DNA of 64,000 bases from an uncultured Acidobacteriota bacterium (lineage in GTDB: Bacteria > Acidobacteriota > Thermoanaerobaculia > UBA5066 > DATFVB01). Within the stretch, counting starts at the first letter, position 1. Each line of letters opens with the position of its first letter. The translations under genes were made by a program, and so were the position numbers. A model generated the notes under the pieces. The model was not told the origin of the DNA, made no database searches, and saw nothing but the letters and a program-made list of their open reading frames with translations. The DNA lies in contig CAWEYG010000005.1 of the NCBI GenBank assembly GCA_963813155.1, positions 96,001 through 160,000 on the forward strand, given 5' to 3'. Shown here piece by piece: positions 61,358-64,000 of this stretch.

Positions 61358-61837
61358 GACTCCGACGGTCCCCTCTTATTCGAGTTTGTGTACTCGTCGA
61401 CGAGCCGCTCCGCCTGTGAGGTCGCGTAGTACTGATCGCCTTTCTTGCCCAAATAACCCATGATGACCGCGCGACCGTACTGGGATTGAGCGGGAAGCTT
61501 TCCCTCTTTAGCATCCCGGAAGGCAGCGGTGATGTCCTTGAACCCAAATGTCTTGAGTTGCTTCTCCCTTTCCAGGTAAACCGCCAGCACCGCGATGCGC
61601 TTCGTCATTATTTTGTAGGCGAACTTCCGCAAGTATTCCTGAGGTGAGACGGGCTTTGAGAACATGGAGGCGATTCGCGGGGCGGTTCTTCGGCGCTTCG
61701 CCCCGTTCCTCCGCCTGAGGCTTTCCCCCGAAGGCGTCAAGGGCGTAAGTCAGGACGCGGAATCGGGAGGACTCGCTGAGCGGAGTGAGGATCTCGATGA
61801 GTTTCTTCAGAGCTTCGACTTCATCAGTAACATTCAT
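61354..61837 (-). CDS. hypothetical winged-helix-like protein, frameshifted at ~61680
   Basis: MNVTDEVEALKKLIEIL.PL...R.RVL.Y in one frame; SPQEYL...RIAVLAVYL...F.FKDI..AF...GYL in the next; GTGA overlap with the toxin gene. Confidence 0.55.
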
Positions 61838-61938
61838 AACATGGAAATAAGTATCATAAGTACTATGTACAGTCAAACTCGTGATCTGCTCGCCGGCGGA
61901 AGGGACATGCAAGAGAGAAATCGAGGATTCTCCGGCCC

Positions 61939-61969
61939 AAAAAAAAGGCGGGCCCTCGTGGGCCCGTTT
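61939..61969 (-). terminator. Rho-independent terminator
   Basis: Minus strand CGGGCCC-ACGA-GGGCCCG hairpin followed by CC and T8. Confidence 0.85.
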
Positions 61970-61990
61970 CGGGAAGGAAAGGAAGGATAC
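61939..61990 (-). ncRNA. candidate sigma54-dependent small RNA (~52 nt)
   Basis: Lies between a -24/-12 promoter and the terminator; CU-rich 5' arm. Confidence 0.5.
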
Positions 61991-62001
61991 CTACTAGTAC
62001 G

Positions 62002-62016
62002 GCAAAAGCCGGGCCA
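62002..62016 (-). promoter_or_regulatory. sigma54 (-24/-12) promoter
   Basis: Minus strand TGGCCCGGCTTTTGC versus consensus TGGCAC-N5-TTGC: exact spacing, one mismatch. Confidence 0.65.
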
Positions 62017-62096
62017 GGTTTCGATTTCGTCTTTTCAGTAATTTAGGAACGTCAGGCGACTGCCGTTTTGGCGATTCAGGACAAATCGTCCGATTT

Positions 62097-63578
62097 TCAG
62101 ACCACCGCGATCTCGTAGTGGGCGGCCGGAAGGTTTTCCTCTTCGCGAATCTCGATCGACGCCTCGAGGTCCCGCTCGAGGCCGTCGAGAATTCCGAGCT
62201 CTCCGCGCAAGGCCTTCACGACTTCCGGCGTCGAGCGGACGAGAACCGTCTCACCCGGAGTGAGAGAGCCCGAGAGCTTCAGAATTTCGCGCCGGATCTC
62301 GAGCGCGACGGTGAAATCGTTCTTGACCCGGCCGTTGCCGCCGCAGCACGGGCACGACCGCGTGAGAACGCGCTCGAGCGAGGGTCGCGAGCGCTTGCGC
62401 GTGACCTGGACGAGCCCGAACTCCGAGATCTGCAGGATTTTCGACTTCGCCCGGTCCTTTTTCATCTCGGACTCGAACGCTTCGAAGAGCGTCCGCCGGT
62501 GCTCCTCGTCCTCGAGATCGATGAAGTCGACGACGAGGATCCCGCCCAGGTCCCGCAGGCGGATCTGGCGCACGATCTCCCGGACGGCCTCGAGGTTCAC
62601 GGCGAGCACCGTGTCTTCGAGGCTGTCTTTCCCGACGAACTTTCCGGTGTTGACGTCGATCGAGACGAGGGCTTCCGTCGGGTTGATCACGAGATATCCG
62701 CCCGATTTGAGCCAGACCTTCGTCTTCAGGGCCTTTTCGATCTCGGCTTCGACGCCGAATTCTTCGAAAAGGGCGTCTTTCCGGTGGAGCTTGACGCGCG
62801 GAACGACGGACGGCTCGGTGACGTGAAGAAAATCGACGATCCGCCCGAAGGCCTCGTGGTCGTTGACCCGGACTGCCGCCACGTCCTCGGAAACGAGGTC
62901 GCGCAGCGAACGAAGAAGGAGGTCCTGCTCGCCGTGGAGCAGCGCCGGAGGCTTGCTGGAGTGGGACCGGGAGAGAATCGACTCCCACAGGGCCGAGAGG
63001 TAGATCCGGTCGGTTTCGAACTCCTCGGTTCCCCTTCCCTGCGCCGCCGTCCGCGCGATGAACCCGCGGCCGCCGGGAAACGCCTCGAGCGCGGCCCGCA
63101 GCCGCTCCCTCTCGGGCTCGTCCTCGATTCGGCGCGAAATCCCCGCCTTCGACGAGAAGGGCGTGTACACGAGGAGCCGGCCGGGCAGCGAGATGTTCGT
63201 CGAGACGCGCGCGCCTTTGGCTCCCATCGATTCCTTCACGACCTGGACGATGATGTGCTGCCCTTCCTTCAGGAGCGTGTCGATCGAGACCGCCGGGCGC
63301 GCGGATTCTTCTTCGGGCGGTCCGTCGTCGTCCACTTCCCACTCTTCGCGGACGTCGGCGACATAGAGGAACGCGTCCTTCTCCAGGCCGATGTCCACGA
63401 ACGCGGCCTGCATGCCGGGAAGCACTCTCGATACCTGCCCGAGGTAAATGTCGCCGACGGAGCCCTGCTTGCGGGGGCGCTCGAAGTACAGCTCCGCGGC
63501 GCGGCCGTTCTCCAGGAACGCGACCCGGGTCTGGTACGGGTTGCAGTCGATCAGGATTTCGCGGACGGTTTCAGGCAT
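62097..63578 (-). CDS. rng: ribonuclease G/E family protein
   Basis: GDIYLG.V..VLPGMQAAFVDIG, SIDVNTG, RLRDLGG..V.DFID, C..C.G.G. Confidence 0.93.
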   Translation of the reverse strand: MPETVREILIDCNPYQTRVAFLENGRAAELYFERPRKQGSVGDIYLGQVSRVLPGMQAAFVDIGLEKDAFLYVADVREEWEVDDDGPPEEESARPAVSIDTLLKEGQHIIVQVVKESMGAKGARVSTNISLPGRLLVYTPFSSKAGISRRIEDEPERERLRAALEAFPGGRGFIARTAAQGRGTEEFETDRIYLSALWESILSRSHSSKPPALLHGEQDLLLRSLRDLVSEDVAAVRVNDHEAFGRIVDFLHVTEPSVVPRVKLHRKDALFEEFGVEAEIEKALKTKVWLKSGGYLVINPTEALVSIDVNTGKFVGKDSLEDTVLAVNLEAVREIVRQIRLRDLGGILVVDFIDLEDEEHRRTLFEAFESEMKKDRAKSKILQISEFGLVQVTRKRSRPSLERVLTRSCPCCGGNGRVKNDFTVALEIRREILKLSGSLTPGETVLVRSTPEVVKALRGELGILDGLERDLEASIEIREEENLPAAHYEIAVV

Positions 63579-64000
63579 TCGCGAACCGCCGGGCTTCGAC
63601 GCTCAAGATCAGGCCGATCGCGGCGAGCGTCGTCGCGACCGAGGTTCCCCCGTAGGACAGCAGCGGCAGGGGAATGCCGGTCGTCGGAAAGAGCCCGATC
63701 ATCATTCCGGTGTTGAGAACGACCGACGCGAACAGGCTCGAGATCAGGGCGAGCACGAGGAAGGCTCCGCCGCGATCGCGCGCGTGCGACGCGAGCCGAA
63801 GGCCGCGAAGAACGACCGTTGCGTAGAGGGCGAGCACGACGAGAACGCCCATGTACCCCCATTCCTCGGCCAGCACCGCGAAGATGAAATCGGTGTGGCG
63901 GACGGGGAGGAACCGCAGCTGGCTTTGCGTGCCGCGGCGATATCCCTTCCCGAAAAGGCCGCCGGATCCCACGGCGATCTTCGACTGGCGAAGCTGGTAC
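63571..64000 (-). CDS. rodA: rod shape-determining protein RodA (SEDS), 5'-truncated by the window edge
   Basis: YQLRQSKIAVGSGG, GTQSQLRFLP..HTDFIFAVLAEEWG, TGIPLPLLSYGGTS. Confidence 0.9.
   Translation of the reverse strand, partial: YQLRQSKIAVGSGGLFGKGYRRGTQSQLRFLPVRHTDFIFAVLAEEWGYMGVLVVLALYATVVLRGLRLASHARDRGGAFLVLALISSLFASVVLNTGMMIGLFPTTGIPLPLLSYGGTSVATTLAAIGLILSVEARRFANA

Overview
High-GC bacterial chromosome segment, probably Acidobacteriota (inference from gene content and style). It is mostly housekeeping and metabolic: tdh/kbl, a class II aldolase, mtnA, pgk-tpiA-secG-tRNA-Leu(GAG), trxB, an Rrf2-sufBCDSU operon, iscS, a double-domain ThyX-like gene, rng and a partial rodA. It also has RND, OPT, TonB and ABC transporters, two radical SAM genes and two small AT-richer toxin-antitoxin-like islets. 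About eight genes carry single-base frameshifts that look like long-read indel errors. The most interesting signals are not explained by the ORF track: (1) a 75-codon glutaredoxin-like gene with two in-frame UGA codons, each followed by a hairpin, i.e. a probable two-selenocysteine protein (22565-22792); (2) two diverged copies, in opposite orientation, of a ~120-nt hairpin element with compensatory base changes (29749-29870 and 39467-39591); (3) a candidate sigma54-driven ~52-nt CU-rich small RNA (61939-61990); (4) an in-frame 132-bp tandem duplication of the IscS catalytic-Cys region, whose copies differ only at third codon positions; (5) a four-gene cupredoxin / sensor Ser-Thr kinase / porin / receiver-like signalling operon; (6) an XRE gene and a RelE-like gene arranged convergently with abutting stop codons. 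No database searches were run, so all family calls rest on motifs read by eye.
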